60,683 nt of DNA from an uncultured bacterium (GTDB taxonomy: Bacteria; CAYUVA01), in the NCBI GenBank assembly GCA_964448115.1, contig CAYUVA010000025.1, forward strand, positions 1-60,683. Reading direction: 5' to 3'. The number at the start of each line of letters is the position of its first letter. The stretch's first letter is position 1. Below are positions 9,579 through 18,246 of this stretch, piece after piece. The notes beneath the pieces are model-generated. The model saw only the letters and a program-made list of their open reading frames with translations. It ran no database searches and was not told the DNA's origin. The position numbers were made by a program, and so were the translations under genes.

Positions 9579-12500
9579 CTATTCGCTGACTCTCAATTGT
9601 GGCGATACTCCCTGATTATGTGCACAATCCTCAGCCAGTAGGGTCAACAGCGCAGAGATAGGCGAAAAAGTACCCTCTATGTTCATCACCATCATATAAA
9701 GATTATCACCTGGCGCAATATCCCCGTTCTGCCCGTTGTCATACAACTTCAAGCCGGTCGGCATATCCTGGTATAGCACCTCAAGCTCGTTGATATCATC
9801 ATCTGGGCAATATGCTGCCATTATAAGCTGCCCCCCGGCGCTATGAAGCCGAGTGCTCCAGTAACCGAATAGCATTATACTAGGTGCTATCGCGTCCTGC
9901 TTAGAGGAGACTGGATTTGACCAGCCGCTCATCGCTCCCACCGAGTTCTTGGCTCTGACCCTATAATAGTATGTCTTGCCGTGTTCCAAGCCGCTAAACT
10001 CGTAGCCGGTGCTGTTGATCCAATCACTGGTGGCAACGACCTCGCTGAAGGTGTTTTCCAGGGCGCACTCGCAAAGGTAATATTCTGCACCCGAAGCTGA
10101 CTCATCGCTCCAGGAAACTCGGTTCATATAACCGGCTGTGCAGGGTGGTTCTTCATTCATGGTCGGCTTGTTGGGGCGATCCGGGGTTGGAGTCGGACTG
10201 TGCGATGGATTGGCTGTCGGTGTATCGGTGAAGGTCGGCGTGTGGGTAGGGTCGCCAGGATTGGTATTGGTCGGCGTTGCTGTCGGCGTGGGGGACGGAC
10301 CCGGCTGGGTCGCTGTCGGGGTCATTGTCGGCGTATTTACTGGAGTTGGGGTCTCTGGGGGCCAGGATTCAGCCTTGTAGCCATAGACATACCAGTCATC
10401 GATGTTCCAGCCGCTGTCCGGCGATGGAAATATGCCTCCATCGTAGGTCAGGCGCAGCTTGAAGCGAACCGCAAAACGACCATCGGCAACCTCGGAGATA
10501 TCATAAGCCATCTCCTTCCACTCTTGCATGGTCTCACCCGATGAGTTCCAAAGCTCAATCCAGTTAAATCCATCGTTAGAGACCTTGAGCGAGGTTACTG
10601 CATCACCACCGAACAATCCACCAGTCGTATTCACCCACTGGTAGTATCTCAGTTGAGTACCTACGCTCTGTGAGCAGTTGATAAATGGCGATATCAATGT
10701 GCAATCGGTCGGCGAATTGTAATTACCATCCTGGGTTAGATCCGTGCCCCAGACCTTGCCTCCATCGCCAGTATGATCCTCGTTTGGATCAGGCTCTCCG
10801 CCGAAGATACCACCGCCTCCAAGTCCCTGCGGGACTGCGCGCTCCCATTGACCATCACCCTCTTCTCGCCAGCCCTTATCGAAGTTCATATTGTCATAGA
10901 AGCAGACCAGCAGCTTAAGTGTCTTGAACAGGTAGTAATTGCCCTCGTTATCGTCAATCAATATGTTTCCCGCCTCATCGGTGGCAACGATCTCGTAATA
11001 GTACATCGTGTCACCTTGGAGATCCTCCACCGTGAAGGCGTGTTCTGGAGTTAGCGTGTTATCATTAGCGGTTTGAGGTAGCTCTCCAGGCTTGGTGCCA
11101 TAGTGTATCTCGATAGTGGTAGGCTCGTTGGTCTCGATGATTATCTCGCACCAGGTATCGGTTCGATCGCCAAGATCGGTGGCAAGCACCTGCGGCGCGG
11201 TACAATCGCAGATCGCCTGGTCTATCTTCTCGATGTTATGACCACCCATGCCGTCGTCTTCGTCTATATAGATCACCTCGATCGTATCGCCCTCGGCTAC
11301 CAGCAGCTTGTTATCGTGGGGAGGCGTATCGGTAACCTCTATGGTTCCTTTCAGGACGCCGCTATCAGGCGCAACCTCGCTTAGGGTTACCTTCTGTCCG
11401 CTTGGCTCCGAGTCGCTCATAATATCGAGATCATAAGTCCCCACTCCCTTGAGATCGTAATCGGATAGGGTAACCTCTATTGTATCAGAGCAGTTGTACT
11501 TGCTGCGATCCATGTTGATGATCCCCGCCTGGAAGCCTATATCGCCGGTAACAACCAGTGCGAATGGCTGCGGTCCCTGGGGCACGGCAGCTCCCTTGAC
11601 CTTGATGGTGTAAAGCCCGACCGTTGGGTTGTTGATTTGAACGCACTCTACATTATTTGCGTTCTCGAAGCTTCCCCCAGGCACTGACTGACCGCCAGAG
11701 TAATTATTCCCCTTATACGAGGTCATGCCATGTATCACCTCTAGATCTAGGTTATTCACCAGCTTAGTCTTCGCTGATGGAGTCCCCGGATAATCGTTCC
11801 AGACCAGGGAGACCTCTAATTTCTGCTCGGTGCTGATGATAGCGACATTATAGACGATCTCCTCGCCAGTGCTTATGCCATCGAGATTATCGTCAATATA
11901 AAGATCGCGGGTATCATCCTGGAAGTACAGAACATCATCGAGCAGCACCCTTCCCCAGCCCTGTCCATTGGATGGGATAGAGCCATCGGTGTAGCTGCCG
12001 GTCATGTTCACCCCGGAGTTGATAAGACAAGCCTTTACCAGGGCGCCGGACGGATTGAAGGCGTTACCAGGCTCCGCCCAGCCTAGCGGATAGAAGCCGT
12101 CGGCAAAGTACTGCCTGACCAAGGCTGCTGCACCTGCGACGCCTGGGGTTGCCATGCTGGTGCCGCTCATGCTGGTCTCCGAGCAGTTGAATGTGCTAGG
12201 ACTGCCATCATTTGCAGCCGACATGATGCTTGAGCCAGGCATGGTTACATCCGGCTTCAGCCTGCCATCCGGGGTAGGTCCGTGGCTAGAGAAGCTAGCC
12301 ATGTCATTAGCGCTGCTACCCCCCTCGGTCGCCCCCACGCAGACAACATCCTTGGAGGCACCAGGAGAACGAAGGGATGATGATCCTGGTCCCTCGTTGC
12401 CGGCGGCGAAGATTGCCAGGAAGTCCGGGTAATCCCAGTGGAACTGATCGGTCTCCTGGCACATGACCAGGTACTGCCCTCCGCTTCTGGGATCGCCCCA

Positions 12501-13595
12501 GCTATTGGAGTGCAGCCGGGCACCCTCCTGATAAACATTGTTATAGGCTGTGTACATGGAAGGAGGGATAGAGAGATCGCCTGGAATGCCGTAGTCCTCG
12601 ATGATCAGCTTGGCGCCAGGGGCGATGCCATCGCCGGAGTCGTGCTGGATCGGATTAGCAAAGTTATCGCCAGCAACCGTGCCTGCCGTATGGGTGCCGT
12701 GCCCTACGCCATCCCAGTCATTGCGGCTATTGCGGTCGTGGTAAGCAACTATCTTGCGCTGGTCATAATTGGGAATCTCGCCAGGCATGCCCTCTGAGCC
12801 ATCATAGAAATAGCACATGTCTGCATCGCAGCCGGTATCCAGGACGGCGACGATCTCACCTTCGCCATGTATTCCCTGGTCGTAGATTGGGGTTGCACCA
12901 CCGCCGGCGATGCCGCTCTGGCAGATCCAGTAGGTATTATTATTGCATAGCTCGTACTTGGGGAAACGCTCGATCCAGGAGACCTCGCTAAGGCGGCTTA
13001 TGGCTGAAAGCCTCTCTCGCTTGTCATCGCCAGATATGGTAACTCCCACCAGGTCAAAGTATCGGCTCTGCCAGGTCTGAGCCTCGCTGCCGGCTATCTC
13101 TTTGATGCGAGCTGCCAGGTCATCCAGCTCGACATCCTTGTATACCTTGATTAGCAGCTTAAGCTGTTGTTTAGACTCCATAAGCTCCCAAAGGTCGGTA
13201 TTGACCTTGAAGTAGGGCTGGAATATGCCGATCCAGCGCACTTCAGGAATCCTAGCGATCGCCTTTGTAGTTGCCTTGTCCATGCGCACCAGGTAGGCAT
13301 TATCCGGGATATACTCGTTGAGCTTTACCCCCAGGGCTTCCACCTTGTCCTTCCAGGGCTTCAACGGGGTATCGCTGAACTGAATAATATACAGCCCAAC
13401 TTCTTCCTTGCTATAGCCATCGAGCCGAAAATCGTTGGGGATCTCCTTCAGATAGTCATCATTGGTATTGAAGGACATCGCTACCAGATGAATGGTCTTG
13501 CTGGGGAATATATCGCACCAGCCGCTAGCGATAGAAAAAGCCAAAACAAGAGCAAACACCAAAGCTAGAGCTAGAGTGTTATTGATCTTATTCAT
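9579..13595 (-). CDS. Secreted multidomain S8 subtilase (KP-43-like) with FN3/beta-sandwich domains, P/T linker and conserved C-terminal domain
   Basis: Catalytic triad VLDTG, GHGTHTAGTVAG, SGTSMATP; SSHGPTPDGRLKPD; QGWGRV; FN3 YYYRVRA..WS. Confidence 0.9.
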   Translation of the reverse strand: MNKINNTLALALVFALVLAFSIASGWCDIFPSKTIHLVAMSFNTNDDYLKEIPNDFRLDGYSKEEVGLYIIQFSDTPLKPWKDKVEALGVKLNEYIPDNAYLVRMDKATTKAIARIPEVRWIGIFQPYFKVNTDLWELMESKQQLKLLIKVYKDVELDDLAARIKEIAGSEAQTWQSRYFDLVGVTISGDDKRERLSAISRLSEVSWIERFPKYELCNNNTYWICQSGIAGGGATPIYDQGIHGEGEIVAVLDTGCDADMCYFYDGSEGMPGEIPNYDQRKIVAYHDRNSRNDWDGVGHGTHTAGTVAGDNFANPIQHDSGDGIAPGAKLIIEDYGIPGDLSIPPSMYTAYNNVYQEGARLHSNSWGDPRSGGQYLVMCQETDQFHWDYPDFLAIFAAGNEGPGSSSLRSPGASKDVVCVGATEGGSSANDMASFSSHGPTPDGRLKPDVTMPGSSIMSAANDGSPSTFNCSETSMSGTSMATPGVAGAAALVRQYFADGFYPLGWAEPGNAFNPSGALVKACLINSGVNMTGSYTDGSIPSNGQGWGRVLLDDVLYFQDDTRDLYIDDNLDGISTGEEIVYNVAIISTEQKLEVSLVWNDYPGTPSAKTKLVNNLDLEVIHGMTSYKGNNYSGGQSVPGGSFENANNVECVQINNPTVGLYTIKVKGAAVPQGPQPFALVVTGDIGFQAGIINMDRSKYNCSDTIEVTLSDYDLKGVGTYDLDIMSDSEPSGQKVTLSEVAPDSGVLKGTIEVTDTPPHDNKLLVAEGDTIEVIYIDEDDGMGGHNIEKIDQAICDCTAPQVLATDLGDRTDTWCEIIIETNEPTTIEIHYGTKPGELPQTANDNTLTPEHAFTVEDLQGDTMYYYEIVATDEAGNILIDDNEGNYYLFKTLKLLVCFYDNMNFDKGWREEGDGQWERAVPQGLGGGGIFGGEPDPNEDHTGDGGKVWGTDLTQDGNYNSPTDCTLISPFINCSQSVGTQLRYYQWVNTTGGLFGGDAVTSLKVSNDGFNWIELWNSSGETMQEWKEMAYDISEVADGRFAVRFKLRLTYDGGIFPSPDSGWNIDDWYVYGYKAESWPPETPTPVNTPTMTPTATQPGPSPTPTATPTNTNPGDPTHTPTFTDTPTANPSHSPTPTPDRPNKPTMNEEPPCTAGYMNRVSWSDESASGAEYYLCECALENTFSEVVATSDWINSTGYEFSGLEHGKTYYYRVRAKNSVGAMSGWSNPVSSKQDAIAPSIMLFGYWSTRLHSAGGQLIMAAYCPDDDINELEVLYQDMPTGLKLYDNGQNGDIAPGDNLYMMVMNIEGTFSPISALLTLLAEDCAHNQGVSPQLRVSE

Positions 13596-13831
13596 TATTT
13601 ACCCCTGATATTTTGAGATTCATACCCTATCTATTTATAGACTGTTATATATTATACCTAAACTCAAAAGGTTGGGCAAATGGCTTTGCTAGCTATGAAA
13701 ATCTGGGATTATCAATCAAGAGCCACTTTCACGAATATTTTTTAGTGTTCTCATCATTGATCTTTGAACAATAAAAAAGTAAGCATATTTTAAGATTCAA
13801 CCCTAGTAACCCTATATAGCTTGAAGATCCT

Positions 13832-13858
13832 GTCATTCCCGCGCAGGCGGGAATTCAG
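13832..13858. repeat. REP/dRS3-like palindrome
   Basis: GTCATTCCCGCGCAGGCGGGAATTCAG has the form ATTCCC-N8-GGGAAT. Confidence 0.6.
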
Positions 13859-14067
13859 AATGTCGCTACTTCGTGGCTCTGAATAATTATAACGGAAGCA
13901 TCTTGCTTGCATTTCTGTTATTCGGACCTGGTTGGGATATCGCCCCTTTGGGGCAAGGACTGGCTTCTCATTCATTCCCGGCGGATCATACGGGAATGTA
14001 TATGTTAATCCTTGCACCACATTCACACCTAGAATATATTAGGCTGTATCTGATGATATTCCCAACC

Positions 14068-14095
14068 TTGCAAAAGCGATTCGATCTCCTATAAT
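14068..14095 (+). promoter_or_regulatory. sigma70-type promoter for pheS
   Basis: TTGCAA-N16-TATAAT about 35 nt upstream of the pheS start. Confidence 0.55.
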
Positions 14096-14129
14096 AAGCT
14101 CCCGTTTTAATGTTATTGGATAATTGATC

Positions 14130-15158
14130 ATGGACGAACTGCTAGAGATACTCAAAGAAATACAAGAAGAAGCACCTAGACGGCTGGATGCCGTCAACTC
14201 TCTTGGAGAGCTTCAGGAGCTCAAGGCTCTATACCTTGGACGCAAGCGAGGTAAGATAAACGAGGTTCAAAAGGGGATCGGTAAACTATCGGTCGATCAG
14301 AAAAGGATAATCGGCGCCAAACTCAACGAGGTAAAGCAACAACTGGAGCAGCTCTTCGTTAAAAAGGAAAGGCAACTCAAGGAACTTGCTGCTCGAGCCA
14401 AGCAAAGAGAGACCGATATAACGCTGCCTGGGGATGCATTTGCAATTGGGAGCTTGCACCCGGTAACAAAGGCGATGGACCATATCGTTGATATCTTCGT
14501 TCGCATGGGCTTCAAGGTCGCTTACGGTCCCGAGGTGGAGACCGATTACTACAACTTCGTGGCGCTGAATACTCCAAAGGATCATCCGGCAAGGGATCTT
14601 CAGGATACATTCTATATCAGCGATGATATAGTGCTTCGTACCCATACTTCACCAATGCAGATAAGGGTCATGGAAAAAATAAAGCCACCATTGGCTTATG
14701 TTTTTCCTGGCTTCGTATTTCGCCGCGACTCGGATGTATCCCATACCCCGATGTTCTCGCAAGTTGAGGGACTTATGGTTGCGGAACAGGTAACCTTTTC
14801 ACACCTAAAGGGAGTACTGAGTGAGTTTGCCAGGCTATACTTTGGTCAAGATGTAAAAACACGTTTCAGACCGCATTACTTTCCCTTTACTGAACCTAGC
14901 GCGGAGATGGATGTCTCCTGTGTGATCTGCAAGGGCAAGGGATGCCGGGTCTGCAAAGGCAGCGGCTGGCTGGAGATACTTGGAGCAGGCATGGTCGATC
15001 CCAATGTCTTCGATTATGTGTCTTACGATAATGAGCAATATACGGGATTCGCTTTTGGGATGGGCGTAGAGCGCATCGCCATGCTTAAGTATAATGTCGA
15101 TGACCTGAGACTATTTTATCGAAATGACTTAAGATTCCTGGGGCAATTTTCGCTATGA
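14130..15158 (+). CDS. pheS: Phenylalanine--tRNA ligase alpha subunit
   Basis: HPARDLQDTFY, LRTHTSPMQ, HTPMFSQVEG, YFPFTEPS, GFAFGMGVER. Confidence 0.98.
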   Translation: MDELLEILKEIQEEAPRRLDAVNSLGELQELKALYLGRKRGKINEVQKGIGKLSVDQKRIIGAKLNEVKQQLEQLFVKKERQLKELAARAKQRETDITLPGDAFAIGSLHPVTKAMDHIVDIFVRMGFKVAYGPEVETDYYNFVALNTPKDHPARDLQDTFYISDDIVLRTHTSPMQIRVMEKIKPPLAYVFPGFVFRRDSDVSHTPMFSQVEGLMVAEQVTFSHLKGVLSEFARLYFGQDVKTRFRPHYFPFTEPSAEMDVSCVICKGKGCRVCKGSGWLEILGAGMVDPNVFDYVSYDNEQYTGFAFGMGVERIAMLKYNVDDLRLFYRNDLRFLGQFSL

Positions 15159-17236
15159 AGATAGACTATCAATGGCTCAAAGAGTTTGTTTCGTTCGATC
15201 TTAATCCAAAAGAACTCGCTGAGCTTCTAACCATCAAAGGAACAGAGGTCGAGAGAATAGAGCTCAGTGCACATAATGATACCGTATTTTCCCTTGAATT
15301 AACCCCAAATCGTCCGGACTGCATGAGCCATCTCGGCATCGCTCGCGAGGTAGCTGCTATACTAGGTAAAAATATTGCCTTTGAGGTGCCACAGGTTTTC
15401 GAGTCCAATGAGTGCACTGATTCCATTATCAAGGTGGAGATCCTCGATGCGGATCTATGTTCCCGTTATTGCGCTAGGGTGATTCGTGATGTAAATATCA
15501 AACCATCTCCGTCTTGGATGCAAAGACGGCTGGAGAACTGTGGCATCAGGGCGATCAATAATGTCGTTGATTGCACAAATTATGTGCTGCTTGAGATGGG
15601 GCATCCGCTGCACGCCTTTGACCTGGCAAATCTGAGTAATAACACCATCAGAGTAAGACCCGCCACCAAGGGCGAAAAGATTACAACTATAGATGGTATT
15701 CAGCACAAACTTGAACCTGAGATGCTGGTGATCACCGATGCTGTCAAGCCTGTTGCCGTTGCTGGAGTGATGGGTGGCTTGGAGAGCGAGGTTACCGAGA
15801 ACACTGTTGATATCGTGCTGGAGAGTGCTTACTTCGATCCGGTCAGCATTCGTCGCACCTCTAAGAACCTGGGAATGCGCACCGAGTCCTCCATGCGCTT
15901 CGAGAGGGGAGCTGATATCGCAAACGCTCCCCTCGCCTGTGATAGAGCGGCAGCATTGATCGCTGAGCTAGGCAATGGACAGGTGGCAAGGGGTATAATA
16001 GATATATTTCCTAAGCCAGAAATTCTCGATTTGCCTAGGATACCAATCCGATTATCCAGAGTACAAAGATTGCTAGGGATAAAGCTGGACGGAGAATCGG
16101 TGCGCCGGATCTTGGAAGGACTAAACATTAGGATCATCGAAGAAACCGAGGATGGCTTTATAGCCGTACCCCCTAGCTACCGCCTGCATGACCTTATGCG
16201 CGAGGCAGATCTCATAGAGGAGATTGCTAGGATCTACGGATACGATCGCATCGGTGAGCAGATGCCAGCATTTATCAAGTGTCCCGAACCTACAGACAGA
16301 ATGCTGGAGATAATGGATGAAATAAAAAACTTGCTTCCCAAACTGGGCTTGAACGAGGTGATCACCTATCACTTCAGCAGCTCAGAGCTTGCTGCCAAGT
16401 TGAAGATGGAAAGCTCTGATGATGAGGGGAGCTGGGTCAAGGTGCTCAATCCGCTGGTTAGCCAGCAGGATGTTATGCGCCGAACGCTGCTTGTAGAGCT
16501 TCTCAATACGGCTGCAATCAACGACTCGGTCGGTATAAAGGACCTGGCTATCTTCGAATTAGGTGCTCGCTTTTCTGGCAAACAGGTCGATGAATTGCCT
16601 GAAGAGGCACAGACCTTGGCTATTCTGCTCGCTGGCAGCACCTTTGAGCGAATCGGTTGGAGGCAAAAGGCGGTTAATTACGACTTCTACTACCTCAAGG
16701 GCATACTTGAGACCATTTTTAACAGACTTGGATATAGGAATATAAACTGGCGAGCGATGGAGAAGGAATTCTTGAATGAGTCTCTGCAAGCCAGCGTTCA
16801 TGCTGGAGATCGGATGGTCGGCTACCTAGGTGAGATTTCACTTGATATCCTTGAGAGCTTGCATCTCGAACCGCCAATTGTAGTTGCAGAAGTCTATCTT
16901 GATCGGCTGGCGGAAATACCTCCAATAATACAGTCTGCCGCTGCGTTGCCACGATTTCCTTTTGTAAGCCGCGACCTGGCAATCATCGTTCCTGAGAACA
17001 TCGTTTATGAGACGGTACATGATCATATATTGAAGTCCGGTGCGCCTTATATCAGTTCGCTTACGCTTTATGACATCTATCGCGGCAAGCAAATACCGCT
17101 CGGCTACACAAGTTTTGCCTTTAGCCTTCGCTTCTTGGCACAAGACCGCACCCTCACCGATGATGAGGTTGACGAGTTGATCTCCAAGATCCTTGCCCAG
17201 CTTGCAAAACTTGGTATATCGATAAGAGATCGCTAG
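15155..17236 (+). CDS. pheT: Phenylalanine--tRNA ligase beta subunit (short form lacking the OB-fold B2 domain)
   Basis: LTPNRPDCMSHLGIARE, INNVVDCTNYV, RFERG, DLIEEIARIYG, C-terminal FDX-ACB (RTLTDDEV). Confidence 0.96.
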   Translation: MKIDYQWLKEFVSFDLNPKELAELLTIKGTEVERIELSAHNDTVFSLELTPNRPDCMSHLGIAREVAAILGKNIAFEVPQVFESNECTDSIIKVEILDADLCSRYCARVIRDVNIKPSPSWMQRRLENCGIRAINNVVDCTNYVLLEMGHPLHAFDLANLSNNTIRVRPATKGEKITTIDGIQHKLEPEMLVITDAVKPVAVAGVMGGLESEVTENTVDIVLESAYFDPVSIRRTSKNLGMRTESSMRFERGADIANAPLACDRAAALIAELGNGQVARGIIDIFPKPEILDLPRIPIRLSRVQRLLGIKLDGESVRRILEGLNIRIIEETEDGFIAVPPSYRLHDLMREADLIEEIARIYGYDRIGEQMPAFIKCPEPTDRMLEIMDEIKNLLPKLGLNEVITYHFSSSELAAKLKMESSDDEGSWVKVLNPLVSQQDVMRRTLLVELLNTAAINDSVGIKDLAIFELGARFSGKQVDELPEEAQTLAILLAGSTFERIGWRQKAVNYDFYYLKGILETIFNRLGYRNINWRAMEKEFLNESLQASVHAGDRMVGYLGEISLDILESLHLEPPIVVAEVYLDRLAEIPPIIQSAAALPRFPFVSRDLAIIVPENIVYETVHDHILKSGAPYISSLTLYDIYRGKQIPLGYTSFAFSLRFLAQDRTLTDDEVDELISKILAQLAKLGISIRDR

Positions 17237-17297
17237 TATAGACTTGATAAGCAGTCTTGTTGTAGATACATATCATAATAATAATCAGGAGCGTTAG

Positions 17298-17609
17298 ATG
17301 CTTGAAGATCTTGATAAACTGACCCAATCGATACACAAACTGGTTGATTATGCGAAGTCCCTCAAAGAGGAGAACAAGAGATTGCTTGGTCGTTTGACTG
17401 GTCGTGAAAATGAGATAGAGGAACTCAAGGTCAAATTGAGCAATAAAGAAGAGGAGATCAAGCTGGCTCTCGAGGACCTGGAGGCTATGTCTGCATATAA
17501 GGAAAAGGTCGAGAAATTCGAGGCTAGCAACGCCGAGGCACGAAAACAGATCCATGAGCTTATAAAGGAGATGGATTCACTTATAGGCGGATCGAGTAAT
17601 GACGGATGA
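17298..17609 (+). CDS. Coiled-coil cell division protein, ZapB-like
   Basis: 103-aa heptad coiled coil between pheT and zapA; AGGAG Shine-Dalgarno. Confidence 0.7.
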   Translation: MLEDLDKLTQSIHKLVDYAKSLKEENKRLLGRLTGRENEIEELKVKLSNKEEEIKLALEDLEAMSAYKEKVEKFEASNAEARKQIHELIKEMDSLIGGSSNDG

Positions 17610-17919
17610 ACATGATAAGCTCTTCCAGGAAAAACTGGAGGTCAATATCCTGGGCAGGCGATATATCCTATCTAGCGATGAAGAATGCAGCATTCAACAA
17701 CTAAAGGAGATCGCTGATTATACGGTCAAGAGGGTAGAGGAGTTCAAGGAGATGATCTCCCCTCGGGACGATTTGAAGATCCTTGTTCTAACTGCATTAA
17801 ACCTGGCAGACGAGCTTCTAAAACTGAGGAGTGCCTCTGGTTTATCGCAAAAGCGGATCCAAGAACTCATTCGAAAGTGCGAGCGAGATCTAATGCTTTT
17901 GACTACTGATGGGGAATAA
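17599..17919 (+). CDS. zapA: Cell division protein ZapA
   Basis: VNILGRRY ... LVLTALNLADELL motif; conserved pheT-zapB-zapA order. Confidence 0.88.
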   Translation: MTDEHDKLFQEKLEVNILGRRYILSSDEECSIQQLKEIADYTVKRVEEFKEMISPRDDLKILVLTALNLADELLKLRSASGLSQKRIQELIRKCERDLMLLTTDGE

Positions 17920-18185
17920 ACATTATCTGAAAAGTGATTAAATTATTCGATCATCAAACTCAATTGAGGTCTAAGTCATTGAAAACATTGCTATATTTGA
18001 TGATTACCCCATTATTTCGACAAACTTGACATTGCTGTAAAAAATATTTTATTTTTATGTACCATTATATTATAATCGCAAATGGGCAGGTTGCATTGAG
18101 ACATAAGGGTATGAGATTTAACTGTACAGGTAGGCTACAAACGAGAGAGAGATCAGAGCCGATCGATCAATAAGGGATTTTGATC

Positions 18186-18213
18186 TTGCAAAATGTCAAA
18201 GAGTCGGTATAAT
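18186..18213 (+). promoter_or_regulatory. sigma70-type promoter
   Basis: TTGCAA-N16-TATAAT, then AAGGAG SD before ATG 18247. Confidence 0.55.
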
Positions 18214-18246
18214 AATAATTAATCCCAATAAAAAAGGAGATTAAAG

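Noticed and set aside
13860-14129. T-box leader for pheS or SRP RNA
   Set aside because: No GGTGGNACC T-box bulge and no complete SRP domain IV motif; the promoter lies only ~35 nt from pheS
17920-18246. 6S RNA expected after zapA
   Set aside because: AT-rich, and I could not find a long closing stem by eye; cmscan is needed to exclude it formally
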